This document shows positions 1 through 10,861 of a stretch of 64,000 nucleotides of DNA, piece by piece; position 1 is the first letter of the stretch, and each line of letters starts with the position of its first letter. The stretch spans positions 590,763 to 654,762 of the forward strand of contig JAVBTH010000001.1 in NCBI GenBank assembly GCA_031556235.1. The letters run 5' to 3'. The position numbers and the translations under genes were made by a program. A model generated the notes under the pieces. It saw only the letters and a program-made list of their open reading frames with translations. It ran no database searches and was not told where the DNA came from. The stretch is from Bacilli bacterium. GTDB lineage: Bacteria > Bacillota_I > Bacilli_A > RFN20 > CAG-826.

Positions 1-74
1 ATCAAAAAAATTCAAACGGAAATTATGCGCTTGGAAAAATTGATTCTAGTTTTAGGAATTCCTATGTTTTCTTT

Positions 75-434
75 GTGAATAATAAAGGCTGGAATGATGC
101 AGTTACATGTTTTATTATAAGTGCCTGCTCAGGATTGTTATCTATTGTAATGGCAAGTATTCTATATAAACGTTATAAAAAAACAAAAGGATTCTTTAGT
201 AAAAACGCTCGAGAATTGTTAATGGGAATTTTCATTATTGGATTACTCGGGTCTACTTTAATTATGTTTAGCCTAAAAGGATTACCGATTTCTGAAGGTA
301 TTAATGTGCCATATGATGGTGCTTGGCAATCAGTTATTTCAATAGCGGTAATGGTAATATTGTTCTTAATTATTTCTATTGGTGTGCCAATAATATGTAA
401 AGACAAGAAAATGAAAGTGGTTCGAAAAAAATAA
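75..434 (+). CDS. hypothetical small membrane protein
   Basis: 119-codon ORF with a GTG start and three hydrophobic helices. No recognisable motif and no clear SD, so the start is uncertain. Confidence 0.35.
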   Translation: MNNKGWNDAVTCFIISACSGLLSIVMASILYKRYKKTKGFFSKNARELLMGIFIIGLLGSTLIMFSLKGLPISEGINVPYDGAWQSVISIAVMVILFLIISIGVPIICKDKKMKVVRKK

Positions 435-441
435 ATCTATT

Positions 442-1305
442 TTAGAATCTTGGAAGAATTATAATTGTATTTTTGACTTTTGATTTATAATCCACATAAT
501 GTGGTCTAGTTTTTAAAATGTGTTTTTCCATTAAGGGAACACTAATAAAATAGAATAATAGGATCATCGAAACTGGTCCTAGTAGAGTTATATAGGCAAA
601 ATTCGCTAGGCAAGAAACAAATAAACCAATCCATACCATAATCTCTCCAAAATAATTTGGATGACGCGAATATTTCCATAATCCAGAATAAATTAATGCC
701 GATTTGTCAGTGCTTTGCTTTTTAAATCTCTTTAATTGTATATCTGAAATTGCTTGCATAAAAGTTGCAATTAAAATTATGAATCCTGAGATTATGCAGT
801 AAAGAAGATTGATAGGTCCGGTTATTAAGTAGAAAAATGGAATCATGCCCGCAAAAACAATTAGCGTGGGGAAAAACATTATCCCAGTAAATACTATTAA
901 TTCGGAGATTCTTGGAAAATCTGTTTTAAATTTCTTATATCTCCAATCTTCCCATTTAAGATTATCAAACCCTATTGCCCAGTTCACTGTTAAACGAATT
1001 GCCCAAATGAGTAAAGGTAATAAGACGATTAGGTGCAGAGGATTAAAAGCTGTCTTTGAAAAATAGTAATAGCCAATTGCAATAAAGGGAGGTAAAACGC
1101 TCCAGTAAGGATCGTAAACACTGGCATTTTTAAAAATCAGATTTGCAATAAAAACTACGATTGTTGCGGCAATATCGCTGACTAATAAAAGTAAAATAGT
1201 GTTTTCAATCCATTTTTTTAACACTATTGCTACAATCGCACCGACGGCTAGAGCTATAATATAAATAAAGAGAATAATTAATAACGAAGTTGATTTTTTT
1301 TGCAT
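442..1305 (-). CDS. DUF1295 / steroid-5-alpha-reductase-like polytopic membrane protein
   Basis: 287 aa with many TM helices. The C-terminal motif YSRHPNYFGEIMVWIGLF is typical of the DUF1295/ICMT-like fold. Confidence 0.65.
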   Translation of the reverse strand: MQKKSTSLLIILFIYIIALAVGAIVAIVLKKWIENTILLLLVSDIAATIVVFIANLIFKNASVYDPYWSVLPPFIAIGYYYFSKTAFNPLHLIVLLPLLIWAIRLTVNWAIGFDNLKWEDWRYKKFKTDFPRISELIVFTGIMFFPTLIVFAGMIPFFYLITGPINLLYCIISGFIILIATFMQAISDIQLKRFKKQSTDKSALIYSGLWKYSRHPNYFGEIMVWIGLFVSCLANFAYITLLGPVSMILLFYFISVPLMEKHILKTRPHYVDYKSKVKNTIIILPRF

Positions 1306-1333
1306 ACTTAATTCCTCATTAGACTACTTACTA

Positions 1334-1368
1334 TAAAAAAAGACAATCAGTAAGTCAACTAATTGTCT
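1334..1368 (-). terminator. intrinsic terminator after the aminopeptidase gene
   Basis: On the minus strand, stem AGACAAT/ATTGTCT is followed by a T-run (plus-strand A-run 1335-1340). Confidence 0.6.
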
Positions 1369-1378
1369 CATTTTTTAT

Positions 1379-2605
1379 TTAAAAAGCCCAATTACCATTT
1401 TTAAAGATTTGAACAGTTTTCCCATCTCTTGTTTTTCCCACAATTGATAAATCCTCGTTACCAATCATAAAGTCGACGTGAATCATTGATTCATTAACGC
1501 CCATTTCGAGGAATTCTTTTTGTGAGTATTTACCGTAATCTTTAATCGAATTTGTGAAGCCGCGACCTAAGGCTAAATGGCAACTTGCATTTTCATCAAA
1601 TAGAGTTTCGTAGAATAAGATGTTAGATTTAGAAATAGGTGAATCGACTGGTACTAAAGCAACCTCGCCAAGCATTGAGGCGCCTTCATCCATGGAAATC
1701 ATTTGCTTTAAGACATCCTCATTAGTTTTAGCGTGTGCCTCAACTATTTTTCCATCTTTAAAAATAAAATAAAAGTCTTCGATCAATTGCCCTTGGTATG
1801 AAAGTGGTTTAGTTGAAACGACTTTTCCTTCAATTACACCCTTTTTAGGAGTTATGAAACATTCTTCAGTTGGCATATTTGGATTAAAATATACGCCGCT
1901 TCCTAATGCGGTTTCTCCACCACCTAAGAATAATGCGTTTTCAATCATACCTACTGTGAAATCTGTTCCATTGCTGCTTTTGTATGTTAGTGATTCTAAA
2001 CCAAGAGAATTTAGATAATTGCATTTACTAGAAAGATTCTCGTTATGCTTATCCCATTCTTTAATGGGATCATCCGTCACTCTAGCGGTTGTAAGAATGG
2101 CTTCCCAAAGTTTTTCAATGGCTTGTTTAACGCTCACGTTTGGAAATACTTTTTTAGCCCATTTAGCACCTGGCACTGCCACAATAGTCCATTGTTGCTT
2201 ATTGTCCATAGCATCTCTAAAAGGTTTAACAACTGGATATCTCATTTTAGCGGCTTTAGCCATCTTTTCTTGATTAATACCATCTAAGCCATCCGGATCT
2301 TCGCTAACGATGTGAATGAGTGCCGGAAGAGCGTCGACGTTGTGAATATATCTTTCTATTTCCCATTTTTCTAAAGTTCCTTGAGTTTTGACGGAACGAT
2401 ACTTAACATGAATTTTAGTAAGCGGTTGATATCCCCAATCAACAGTAACTTTTTTAGCACCAGCTTTATATGCATATTCAACGACAAACTTAACAAATTC
2501 TGGTTGATCTAATTCAGCGTAAACAATAACTTCTTGGCCCTTTTGGACGTTAACGCCTTTTTTAACAATTAGTTCAGCGTATTTTTTTAAAATTGCTTTT
2601 TTCAT
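1379..2605 (-). CDS. M29-family aminopeptidase (AmpS/PepS-like)
   Basis: 408 aa. The N-terminus MKKAILKKYAELIVKKGVNVQKGQEV and the overall length are typical of thermophilic-type aminopeptidase II. Confidence 0.85.
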   Translation of the reverse strand: MKKAILKKYAELIVKKGVNVQKGQEVIVYAELDQPEFVKFVVEYAYKAGAKKVTVDWGYQPLTKIHVKYRSVKTQGTLEKWEIERYIHNVDALPALIHIVSEDPDGLDGINQEKMAKAAKMRYPVVKPFRDAMDNKQQWTIVAVPGAKWAKKVFPNVSVKQAIEKLWEAILTTARVTDDPIKEWDKHNENLSSKCNYLNSLGLESLTYKSSNGTDFTVGMIENALFLGGGETALGSGVYFNPNMPTEECFITPKKGVIEGKVVSTKPLSYQGQLIEDFYFIFKDGKIVEAHAKTNEDVLKQMISMDEGASMLGEVALVPVDSPISKSNILFYETLFDENASCHLALGRGFTNSIKDYGKYSQKEFLEMGVNESMIHVDFMIGNEDLSIVGKTRDGKTVQIFKNGNWAF

Positions 2606-2717
2606 AAAAATCTCCTTGTGTTCTATATTATAGAACGTTTTTTGAAATTTGAAAGCGTTTTAATAATTTCTTCTTCTAGTAACGAATCGTGTTAGAATAT
2701 AGAAAGAGGTGAAGACT

Positions 2718-3299
2718 ATGTTCAAAAAAATTCGTTCAATTCGCAAAATGGAAAAAAGTTTAGAAACTAAAACTTTGCAGGCACTAGAAGATGCCGCTAA
2801 TTCCGGAGGCGTAGTTGATATAAAAATACCTAATTCATATAGTCCAATTGTTCCATTTTCTTACGGAAACAATTATGCACTGGATCCGAATTTAACTGAC
2901 TATATTGAAAAGAATGTTTTAACGCTTCCGATTAAAGGAAGACTCACACTTAGAATGCATCATCAAATGAATTTTGATGAGAATACGAGGGAAATCATTA
3001 GAAGAGCTTTTGTAAGTCATTATGATAATAAATTAACGCATATTACTCAACATAAAATTTTCAATAGGTGGAAAGGTTTTTTCTGTATTATAGCGGCCAT
3101 TGTGGTTTTTGCAATCGTGGTACTTCTAGACCATTACAATCAAAATCAAATTCTATTTGAGAGTATAAGTGTTGTCGCTTGGGTATTTATGTGGGAAGCA
3201 ACTGATATAATGATTTTTGCAAATGCAAGTACACGGAAAAATATTTTCCTCAATTATCGATTAAAGACCGCTAATATCCAGTTTATTCAAGAAGATTAA
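2718..3299 (+). CDS. hypothetical membrane protein (soluble N-domain plus 2 C-terminal TM helices)
   Basis: The ORF track begins at GTG 2709. ATG 2718 lies 8 nt after SD AAAGAGG. No recognisable motif. Confidence 0.5.
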   Translation: MFKKIRSIRKMEKSLETKTLQALEDAANSGGVVDIKIPNSYSPIVPFSYGNNYALDPNLTDYIEKNVLTLPIKGRLTLRMHHQMNFDENTREIIRRAFVSHYDNKLTHITQHKIFNRWKGFFCIIAAIVVFAIVVLLDHYNQNQILFESISVVAWVFMWEATDIMIFANASTRKNIFLNYRLKTANIQFIQED

Positions 3300-3383
3300 T
3301 AATTCATTGATAATTATGAAGAAAACTATAGGTTGAAAAAAAGTGACTATAATGTTAAAATCTTTACTATTGGAGTTGATTTT

Positions 3384-3986
3384 ATGCCATTTTTAGAGAT
3401 TCTTCTTTTTGGACTAACACTTGCAATTGACGCTACCGCAGTGTCGATTACTAATGGGTTGACTTATAAAAAATTAACGAAGAAAAATGCTCTTATTTGC
3501 GCTATTATGTTTGGAGTGTTTCAAGCACTAATGCCATTAGCGGGATACTATGCGATGTATTTAGTGGGTCTTAATGATTCATTACAGGAATTAATATCTG
3601 ATGGCGCTAAATGGATTGCGTTTGTTCTATTAGGAATTCTTGGTATTAAAATGATTTTTGATGCGATTAAAGAAATGCGCAGTAAAGAAGAAATTGAAGT
3701 TAAAGAGAATATTACTTTCAATCAAATACTCACTCAAGCAATTGCAACAAGTATTGATGCTCTTGCGGTAGGGTTTGGATTTTATGCGACAGCGCAAATT
3801 GCAAAGCAAAATAATGAGGATTTTAATATATTTATTATCGTCTTTGTGATTATGATTGTCACATTTGCTTTATCGCTTTTAGGAACTGTGTTTGGCAAAA
3901 AGTTTGGTAATATTTTTAAAAAAGTTGCGCCTATCATTGGCGGATCGGTCTTGTTTGCAATAGGATTATTTATTCTTATTGGATAA
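3384..3986 (+). CDS. mntP: manganese efflux pump MntP family
   Basis: The N-terminus MPFLEILLFGLTLAIDATAVSITNGL and a duplicated 3-TM architecture (second half AIATSIDALAVGFG) fit the family. SD GGAG precedes ATG 3384; the upstream TTG of the track is unlikely to be the start. Confidence 0.75.
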   Translation: MPFLEILLFGLTLAIDATAVSITNGLTYKKLTKKNALICAIMFGVFQALMPLAGYYAMYLVGLNDSLQELISDGAKWIAFVLLGILGIKMIFDAIKEMRSKEEIEVKENITFNQILTQAIATSIDALAVGFGFYATAQIAKQNNEDFNIFIIVFVIMIVTFALSLLGTVFGKKFGNIFKKVAPIIGGSVLFAIGLFILIG

Positions 3987-4010
3987 AGTGTTACGTTTAT
4001 AAAATCTATT

Positions 4011-4036
4011 GAGCATTACTAAAATGCTCTTTTTTT
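4011..4036 (+). terminator. intrinsic terminator after mntP
   Basis: Stem GAGCATT/AATGCTC with a 5-nt loop, followed by T7. Confidence 0.8.
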
Positions 4037-4084
4037 ATAAAAAAACACACATTTAGTGATATAATATTTTTGGAGAGAACACTT

Positions 4085-5233
4085 ATGAAAAAAGTAATCA
4101 GAATATTTTTAAAAACAATTATATCGATTTTAGTTGCCTCGGTTGCAATCGTTGTAGTTTATGTTGGCTACGTAATGGTCCAATATAGTAGGATAAAGGA
4201 TAATCAGCAACTCAGTATTGACGTAAAAAGTCAAGAAACTTTATCTCTTAATAAAGATAAAACTTTTAGTGTGTCAACATACAATATTGGATTTGGTGCT
4301 TATAGGCCTGAGTTTGATTTTTTTATGGACACTGGATATTTGGCGGATGGTACACCTACCAAGGGACATAGTTCTCGCGCTATATCTAAAGCTTCGGTAA
4401 TTGAGGCAACTGAGGGAGTTATTTCTACGTTAAAGGATAAAAATATTGATTTTATGTTATACCAAGAAGTAGACACAAGTAGCGATCGGTCCCATCATGT
4501 TAATCAACATACTATGCTTTCTGAAGCATATGAAAACTATGATGCTGTTCATGCTTCAAACTTCCATTCAGCGTATTTGTTTTATCCAATAACGAATCCA
4601 CATGGAAAATCAAACTCTGGTATTACTACATTAAGTAAATATAAAGTTGATGAATCAGTCAGGCGCTCTTTTCCAGTGACCAGTGCCTTTCCAGCAAAGT
4701 TTTTCGATCTAGACAGATGTTTCTCTGTTAGCAGATATAACATTGATTCAGACACGCAGCTAGTGCTTATAAATTTACATATGTCTGCTTACGACAAAGG
4801 TGGCACGATTAGAGCTAAGCAAATTAAAATGATTAAAGAAGTGTTTACGGAAGAATATAGTAAAGGCAATTATATTGTAATGGGTGGAGATTTTAATCAC
4901 GATCTGCTTAAAAACAATCCTGAATTTCAATATGAAAATGAAGAGGATAAACCATCGTGGATGGGCTTTACGCAATTAAAACCAGATTGGCTTCAATTTA
5001 TTGATTTTGACAATGATTTGACTGCGAATATGAAAGTTGGAACTGATGATACAACATCAACATGTCGAGGCTCAGATATGCCTTGGATAGGGAATGAAGA
5101 TATTATATATACTGCAGTAATTGATGGATTTATCGTTTCTGATAATATTGATATTGTAAATGTTACAAATATTGACAATAACTATTTATATAGTGATCAC
5201 CAACCAGTTGTAATGGAATTCAAATTTAAATAA
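4085..5233 (+). CDS. membrane-anchored endonuclease/exonuclease/phosphatase (EEP) family protein
   Basis: N-terminal TM helix, then STYNIGFG near the N-terminus of the fold and YSDHQPVVMEF at the C-terminus (EEP signatures). SD GGAGAG precedes ATG 4085. Confidence 0.7.
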   Translation: MKKVIRIFLKTIISILVASVAIVVVYVGYVMVQYSRIKDNQQLSIDVKSQETLSLNKDKTFSVSTYNIGFGAYRPEFDFFMDTGYLADGTPTKGHSSRAISKASVIEATEGVISTLKDKNIDFMLYQEVDTSSDRSHHVNQHTMLSEAYENYDAVHASNFHSAYLFYPITNPHGKSNSGITTLSKYKVDESVRRSFPVTSAFPAKFFDLDRCFSVSRYNIDSDTQLVLINLHMSAYDKGGTIRAKQIKMIKEVFTEEYSKGNYIVMGGDFNHDLLKNNPEFQYENEEDKPSWMGFTQLKPDWLQFIDFDNDLTANMKVGTDDTTSTCRGSDMPWIGNEDIIYTAVIDGFIVSDNIDIVNVTNIDNNYLYSDHQPVVMEFKFK

Positions 5234-5239
5234 AAAAGA

Positions 5240-5265
5240 AAAGCCATAAATTTGGCTTTTTTTTA
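5240..5265 (+). terminator. intrinsic terminator after the EEP gene
   Basis: Stem AAAGCCA/TGGCTTT followed by a T-run. Confidence 0.75.
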
Positions 5266-5313
5266 CTATCTTACTTCGGTTGAGCATATTCATGTTATAT
5301 GAAGGAGTATGCT

Positions 5314-7938
5314 ATGTACCACGCAAAAGAAATAAATCAAGTATTAAACGAAGTAGAAACTACATCACTTGGCTTAACAAACATTGAAGCAAAGAAAAGA
5401 ATTGGTAAAAAGGGATATAACGAACTAGTTTCGAAAAAACAAAAAAGTGTCTTAGGAATGCTTGTTGCGCAACTCAATGACACAATGGTAATTATTTTAG
5501 CGATTGCGGCTTTTCTGTCGTTTCTTTTCGCAGACTTACTAGAAGGGTTTGTCATCATATTCATCATAATTATTGATGCTCTTGTAGGTGTTTGGCAAGA
5601 AAACCGCGCCAAAAATGCCATACTTTCTTTACGAAAATTAGCGCCGTCAACTTGCAAGGTTTTGCGTGACGATAAAGAAACTCTTTTGGAGAGTAAATAT
5701 ATTGTCGAAGGCGACATTGTTATAATTGAAGAAGGAGACTTAATTCCGGCAGATATAAGACTTATAGAAACACATGGGTTACGATTAATCGAGTCTTCAC
5801 TTACTGGAGAAGCGTTAGCAATAAATAAAGAAGCCAATAAAATATGTGATATTGCCTCACCAATTATGGAGAGGAGCAATATGGCATATTCATCTTCACT
5901 TGCGACTTACGGACATGGTGTTGGTGTTGTGGTCAAAACTGGAATGGAGACTGAAGTTGGAAGAATTGCGCATATGTTAAACTCTACAGCTAAATTTGAT
6001 ACTCCCTTAAAAAAGAAATTAAATAAGGTTGCGAAAATATTAAGTGTAGTAGGAATCTTGGTCTGTATTGTAATTATGGCAATAGGACTTTTGCACCACA
6101 AGCCATGGCATCCATTGTTGATGGTAGCTATCGCACTAGCGATATCGATAATTCCAGAAGGTCTTCCTGCCACGTCGACGATTGTTCTTGCGCTTGGTGT
6201 TGAAAGAATGGCCAAGAAACAAGCCCTTATCAGAAATCTTCCAGCGGTTGAAACACTTGGTTCTACTAGTGTAATTTGTACAGATAAAACAGGAACTTTA
6301 ACCGCAAATATGACTGAAGTAATTGCAATAGTAGAAATAAATCGAGTAACGAATTTAAAAAATTATAGTGAAAATGTCATAAATAAAGAAATTCTTATGT
6401 GTTCAGCTTTATGCAATAATGTACGCTTACAGAATGATGCCCTAGTAGGAGATCCAACAGAAATTGCACTCGCAAAAATGGTAAACAAAAGTTATGAAAC
6501 ACTTAGAGAAAAGTTTAGCCGTCAATTAGAAATACCGTTTGATGCTGAGCGCAAGATAATGACTTCAGTTAATAAAATCTTTGACCAAGATATTGCGTAT
6601 ATAAAAGGAGCTCCTGAAGAAATAATTAAAAAGTGTGATTATATTTTAGAAGGAAATATGATTAGGCGGATTACTGAAATAGATATTAAATATTTCTTAC
6701 AGCAAGTTAATGAATTCTCTGATAAAGCTTGTAGAATTATCTCTTTTGCAAAAAAAGAATTAAGCAATAAACAAGAGTTAAACCGAATAGAAGAAGGATT
6801 AACATTTCTAGGGTTGTGCGCGATGATTGATCCTCCACGTAAGGAAATTAAAAGTACGATTGAAGCAACCGATCGCGCTGGAATTAAAACAGTTATTATT
6901 ACGGGCGATTATCTAAAGACAGCTCAAGTTGTTGGGGAAGCGGTTGGAATAATAGATAAAGAACCTGTTTTAGGATATGAGTTAGTCAATATGGATGACG
7001 AACAACTAGCGTCATTAGTTAAAAAGCACACCATTTTTGCACGTATTTCTCCTTACGATAAGTTGCGGATTGTTCGAGCTTTTCAAAAAAATGGTGAAAT
7101 CGTGGCAATGACTGGAGATGGAGTTAATGATGCTCCTTCATTAAAAGCCGCTGACATCGGAATTGCTATGGGAAAAAGCGGGACAGAAGTTGCTAAAGAT
7201 GCCGCCGATATGATATTACTTGATGATAATTATTCTAACATTGTTGAAGCGGTATTTGAGGGTCGAAGAGTATACAAAAATATCGAAAAAGTAATTCAAT
7301 TCTTACTGGCTGGAAATGTTGCAGAAATCATGACATTATTAATAGCCACAATTTTTAATTTTAAATATATGCCACTTTTGGCAATTCATGTGTTGTGGAT
7401 TAATTTAGTTACTGACACTCTTCCAGCTTTAGCTTTAGGAGTCGATGAAGCTAGTCGAGAACTTTTAGAAGAAAAACCACGTAAAAAAAGCAGTCTATTT
7501 ACAAAAACTATGGTGTATCGGATTATTTTCCATGGAGCATTAATATCCTTTGCAACATTGGCAGCTTACTTCATTGGATATAGTAAAAGTATGGCACTCT
7601 CAGGAATGGAAGTTTTTGCAAATAGTGTAGCTCAAACAATGGCGTTTGCTGTATTAGCTTTATCACAATTAATTCACGCATTTAATCAAAGGTCAAATGT
7701 TGAATCAATTTTTAAAAAGCCAACTAAACATAATAAATATTTGAATTACGCTATGATTGTTTCGATTGCGCTTTTAATCACTATTCTCTTTGTACCAAAA
7801 TGTCGTGAGATATTTAATTTTGAAGTTCTAAATCTGAAAGATTGGTGGATTGTGCTTCTTTGTTCTTTTGTACCGCTTGCTGGCGTTGAAACTTCTAAAC
7901 TTATTATACGTATCAAGAAGAAAAGAAAAAAGCGCTAA
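5314..7938 (+). CDS. P2-type cation (Ca2+) transporting P-type ATPase
   Basis: Motifs [21 protein letters not shown] and [21 protein letters not shown] are present. SD AAGGAG precedes ATG 5314. Confidence 0.9.
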   Translation: MYHAKEINQVLNEVETTSLGLTNIEAKKRIGKKGYNELVSKKQKSVLGMLVAQLNDTMVIILAIAAFLSFLFADLLEGFVIIFIIIIDALVGVWQENRAKNAILSLRKLAPSTCKVLRDDKETLLESKYIVEGDIVIIEEGDLIPADIRLIETHGLRLIESSLTGEALAINKEANKICDIASPIMERSNMAYSSSLATYGHGVGVVVKTGMETEVGRIAHMLNSTAKFDTPLKKKLNKVAKILSVVGILVCIVIMAIGLLHHKPWHPLLMVAIALAISIIPEGLPATSTIVLALGVERMAKKQALIRNLPAVETLGSTSVICTDKTGTLTANMTEVIAIVEINRVTNLKNYSENVINKEILMCSALCNNVRLQNDALVGDPTEIALAKMVNKSYETLREKFSRQLEIPFDAERKIMTSVNKIFDQDIAYIKGAPEEIIKKCDYILEGNMIRRITEIDIKYFLQQVNEFSDKACRIISFAKKELSNKQELNRIEEGLTFLGLCAMIDPPRKEIKSTIEATDRAGIKTVIITGDYLKTAQVVGEAVGIIDKEPVLGYELVNMDDEQLASLVKKHTIFARISPYDKLRIVRAFQKNGEIVAMTGDGVNDAPSLKAADIGIAMGKSGTEVAKDAADMILLDDNYSNIVEAVFEGRRVYKNIEKVIQFLLAGNVAEIMTLLIATIFNFKYMPLLAIHVLWINLVTDTLPALALGVDEASRELLEEKPRKKSSLFTKTMVYRIIFHGALISFATLAAYFIGYSKSMALSGMEVFANSVAQTMAFAVLALSQLIHAFNQRSNVESIFKKPTKHNKYLNYAMIVSIALLITILFVPKCREIFNFEVLNLKDWWIVLLCSFVPLAGVETSKLIIRIKKKRKKR

Positions 7939-7944
7939 GCGCTT

Positions 7945-9282
7945 TTATTTATCTAGATATTTTGATAACTCCCATTCGGTGACAACTCGCCGGTATTCAT
8001 CCCATTCTTGTTCTTTGGCGGAAATATATTTTTTAAAAGTATGTTGGCCAAGTGTGCGAATAATTAGTGGGTCTTTACGCATTTCTTTAATCGCGTCCTT
8101 CAAGTTTTCTGGTAAATTGATTATTCCTTTTTCTTCGCGTTCTTCACGAGTTAAATCAAAGATATTATCATAAACAGGCGGAACTAACTCTGCGTCTTCC
8201 TCAATGCCGTCTAATCCAGCATTTAAAATAGCAGCTAAAGCTAAATAAGGATTTGCCATCGGATCAACGTTTCTAATTTCAGTTCTTGTAGCAGAACCGC
8301 GAGCGGCAGGAATTCTTATCATTGCACTACGATTTGCATCACTCCAGCAAGCGTAGCAAGGAGCTTCGTATCCTGGAATAATCCGTTTGTATGAATTGAT
8401 TGTTGGATTGCATAAGCCTGCTAGAGACCTTGCATGCTTTAAAATTCCATTGATCCATTTTCTACAAGTAATCGATAATTGAAAAGGTTCTTTTTCATCA
8501 AAGAAAATATTTTTTCCTTCATAATTTGCTAGTGAGCAATTGGTGTGCATTCCGCTACCACTTATTCCAGCAATGGGTTTTGGCATGAAAGATGCAGTTA
8601 ATCCATGTCTTCTAGCAATATGTTTTACGACTTGCTTAAAGGTTTGTACATTATCACAAGCTGATAATACATCAGCGAAATGAAAGCAGATTTCATGTTG
8701 CCCTGGAGCAACTTCGTGATGATTTGCCTCAACAACGAACCCTAATTTTTCAAGTTCAAGTGTAATATCACGACGGCAGTATTCAGCACCATCGATGGGT
8801 GACATGTCAAAGTATCCGCCATTATCAGAAGTCATTAAAGTTGGTTGACCGTTAGAGTCGTTTTTGAAAAGAAAGAACTCGGGTTCAAATCCGATATTAA
8901 GAGTTGCGAATCCCATTTCATTCATTCTTTTTATCGCGGCTTTTAATATGTAACGCGATGCTCCTTCAAATGGTTTTCCATCTGGAGTATGGATATCACA
9001 AATTAATCTGGCAACTTTGCCATATGAATCATCCTCAAAACTTAAAATCAGCCAAGTATTTAAATCTGGTTTTAAAAACATGTCTGCTTCTTTAATTCTG
9101 ACGAATCCTTCAATACTAGAGCCATCAAACATTACGCGATTATTTAATGCATCTTCGAGTCGAGAAAAGGGAATCTCTACACATTTCACAGTGCCAAGCA
9201 TATCGCTGAATTGGAGTCTTATATATCTGACGTCTTCAGATTTGGCGAGTTTTAATATGTCTTCTTTTGTGTAATTTGTCAT
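7945..9282 (-). CDS. glnA: glutamine synthetase type I
   Basis: 445 aa with full-length GS-I signatures, for example FDGSSIEGF, GSGMHTNCSL and NPYLALAAIL. Confidence 0.95.
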   Translation of the reverse strand: MTNYTKEDILKLAKSEDVRYIRLQFSDMLGTVKCVEIPFSRLEDALNNRVMFDGSSIEGFVRIKEADMFLKPDLNTWLILSFEDDSYGKVARLICDIHTPDGKPFEGASRYILKAAIKRMNEMGFATLNIGFEPEFFLFKNDSNGQPTLMTSDNGGYFDMSPIDGAEYCRRDITLELEKLGFVVEANHHEVAPGQHEICFHFADVLSACDNVQTFKQVVKHIARRHGLTASFMPKPIAGISGSGMHTNCSLANYEGKNIFFDEKEPFQLSITCRKWINGILKHARSLAGLCNPTINSYKRIIPGYEAPCYACWSDANRSAMIRIPAARGSATRTEIRNVDPMANPYLALAAILNAGLDGIEEDAELVPPVYDNIFDLTREEREEKGIINLPENLKDAIKEMRKDPLIIRTLGQHTFKKYISAKEQEWDEYRRVVTEWELSKYLDK

Positions 9283-9586
9283 ATTAATTACCTCATTTCT
9301 ATTATTTAATTTTAAAGTAATACTATACGTATGTAAATGTTTTTATATAACTTTGCTCGACAAACATCGCATATTTTGATAAATGTTTATTAATAAAGAT
9401 ATTTTCGTATAGAAAAATATATCGTTTTGAAAATTTTGTTTAGATTTACTAAATGATTTTCTTACAATTTAATTTGAAAGAATAATAGAGCTATTAAGGA
9501 GTGTTTTGTCAAATAATCATTTGCGTTTCGCCTTTTATATGATTAATAAAGATGGTATAATTTCTTTTAAATGGGAGTGCTTAATT

Positions 9587-10774
9587 ATGAAAATATTTAC
9601 TTATAACTTAATTAGTTATGGAAGTACTGGCTCAATTGCTCAAAACACCGTTAATGAATCAAAGAAACAAGGATATGAGAATGTGTTTTTTTGTGGAAGA
9701 GGTCAAAAAAGAAGTGCTGATGGAGTTATTAATAGAAATAAAATTCTGCTTAAATTAAATATTATTCTTAGTCGCTTAACTGGGAAACAAGGCAGTTTTC
9801 ATATGATTGCAACGAAAAAACTGATTCGCGCTATCAAAAAATATAAACCGGATATTATCCAGTTGCACAATCTACATGGGGATCACGTTAACATTAATAT
9901 GTTGTTTAAATTTATAAAAAAAGAGAATATCCCTACTGTAATTACTTTGCACGATTGCTGGGCTTTTACCGGTCATTGTGTGCATTTTGATGTTATTGGA
10001 TGTGAAAAATGGAAGACAGCATGTAGAAAGTGTCCGCAATATAAAGCCTATCCGCATTCTTGGTTCTTTGATACATCTAAATCTACTTTTAAAAAGAAAG
10101 CAAAACTTTTTAACAGTGTAAATAATCTTACTATTGTCTCTCCCTCACATTGGTTAGATGACTTTGTTGCGCAATCTAATCTAAAAAGTAAACAGCATTT
10201 AGTGATTAATAACGGAATTAGTTTAGAAAAATTTTACCCAGAAGTTTCGGATTTTAAAACGCAACATAATATTGAAGGAAAAAAAGTTATATTAGGTGTT
10301 TCTTCTCCATGGACTTCTTCAAAAGGATTAAATGTTTTTAATGACTTGGCTGATTTGTTAGATGATTCATATCAAATTGTTGTAGTGGGAGCAAACAAAG
10401 AATATTTTAACCCGAAGATAATCAAGTTTGGACGAGTTGAAGCTGACAAAATGAGAGAATTATACAGCAATTCTGATGTCTTTTTAAACCCAACGATGTC
10501 GGATAATTATCCGACAGTCAATTTAGAGGCACAAGCATGTGGCTTACCTGTGATTGCGTTTAATACAGGAGGCTGTAAGGAACAAGTGGATAAAGAATTT
10601 GGAATGATACTTAATGAAAGAAATACTAGAGGAGCATTTGAAGCTATAAATGAATTTTTTACTAGAAAATCTGCAGCAAAAGCAGAGATATCTAACACGA
10701 TGCTTAGCCACACGATAACTAAAATGACCAACGAATATATCAAACTTTACAAGCAAATACTAAACAAGAAATAG
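9587..10774 (+). CDS. GT4-family (GT-B) glycosyltransferase with a Cys-rich insert
   Basis: C-terminal half contains NPTMSDNYPTVNLEAQACGLPVIAF (EX7E-like). SD GGGAG precedes ATG 9587; the 27 upstream codons of the track ORF are unlikely to be translated. Confidence 0.8.
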   Translation: MKIFTYNLISYGSTGSIAQNTVNESKKQGYENVFFCGRGQKRSADGVINRNKILLKLNIILSRLTGKQGSFHMIATKKLIRAIKKYKPDIIQLHNLHGDHVNINMLFKFIKKENIPTVITLHDCWAFTGHCVHFDVIGCEKWKTACRKCPQYKAYPHSWFFDTSKSTFKKKAKLFNSVNNLTIVSPSHWLDDFVAQSNLKSKQHLVINNGISLEKFYPEVSDFKTQHNIEGKKVILGVSSPWTSSKGLNVFNDLADLLDDSYQIVVVGANKEYFNPKIIKFGRVEADKMRELYSNSDVFLNPTMSDNYPTVNLEAQACGLPVIAFNTGGCKEQVDKEFGMILNERNTRGAFEAINEFFTRKSAAKAEISNTMLSHTITKMTNEYIKLYKQILNKK

Positions 10775-10861
10775 TTTTGACTTGAAAATTAAATTCGGTG
10801 ATAGATTTATTAGGGTAGTAAAAATAATTATGTTATAATTACTTTTAAGGTGGGTGTTAAA

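Noticed and set aside
1290-1305. Considered homopolymeric A7-A8 tracts just after start codons as phase-variation switches. Examples are ATGCAAAAAAAATC of the DUF1295 gene, ATGAAAAAAAGA at 15730 and ATGAAAAAAAGG at 35586.
   Set aside because: They encode the Lys-rich N-termini typical of signal or anchor sequences in AT-rich genomes and are short for slippage. No population data are available to show length variation.
3300-3383. Looked for a yybP-ykoY (Mn2+) riboswitch upstream of mntP.
   Set aside because: Only about 84 nt of AT-rich spacer is available, with no GGGGAGUAG-type conserved block and no four-way-junction pairing that I could find.
7931-7943. Mini-hairpin AGCGC-TAA-GCGCT overlapping the convergent stops of the P-type ATPase gene and glnA.
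   Set aside because: A 5-bp stem with a 3-nt loop is too weak to call an intrinsic terminator with confidence. I noted it only as possible bidirectional attenuation.
9283-9586. The 300-nt AT-rich region upstream of glnA, examined for GlnR/TnrA boxes (TGTNA-N7-TNACA) or a leader RNA.
   Set aside because: Scanning by eye found no full match to the box on either strand, only half-sites such as TTACA. No glnR gene is adjacent. I cannot support a call without a motif scan.
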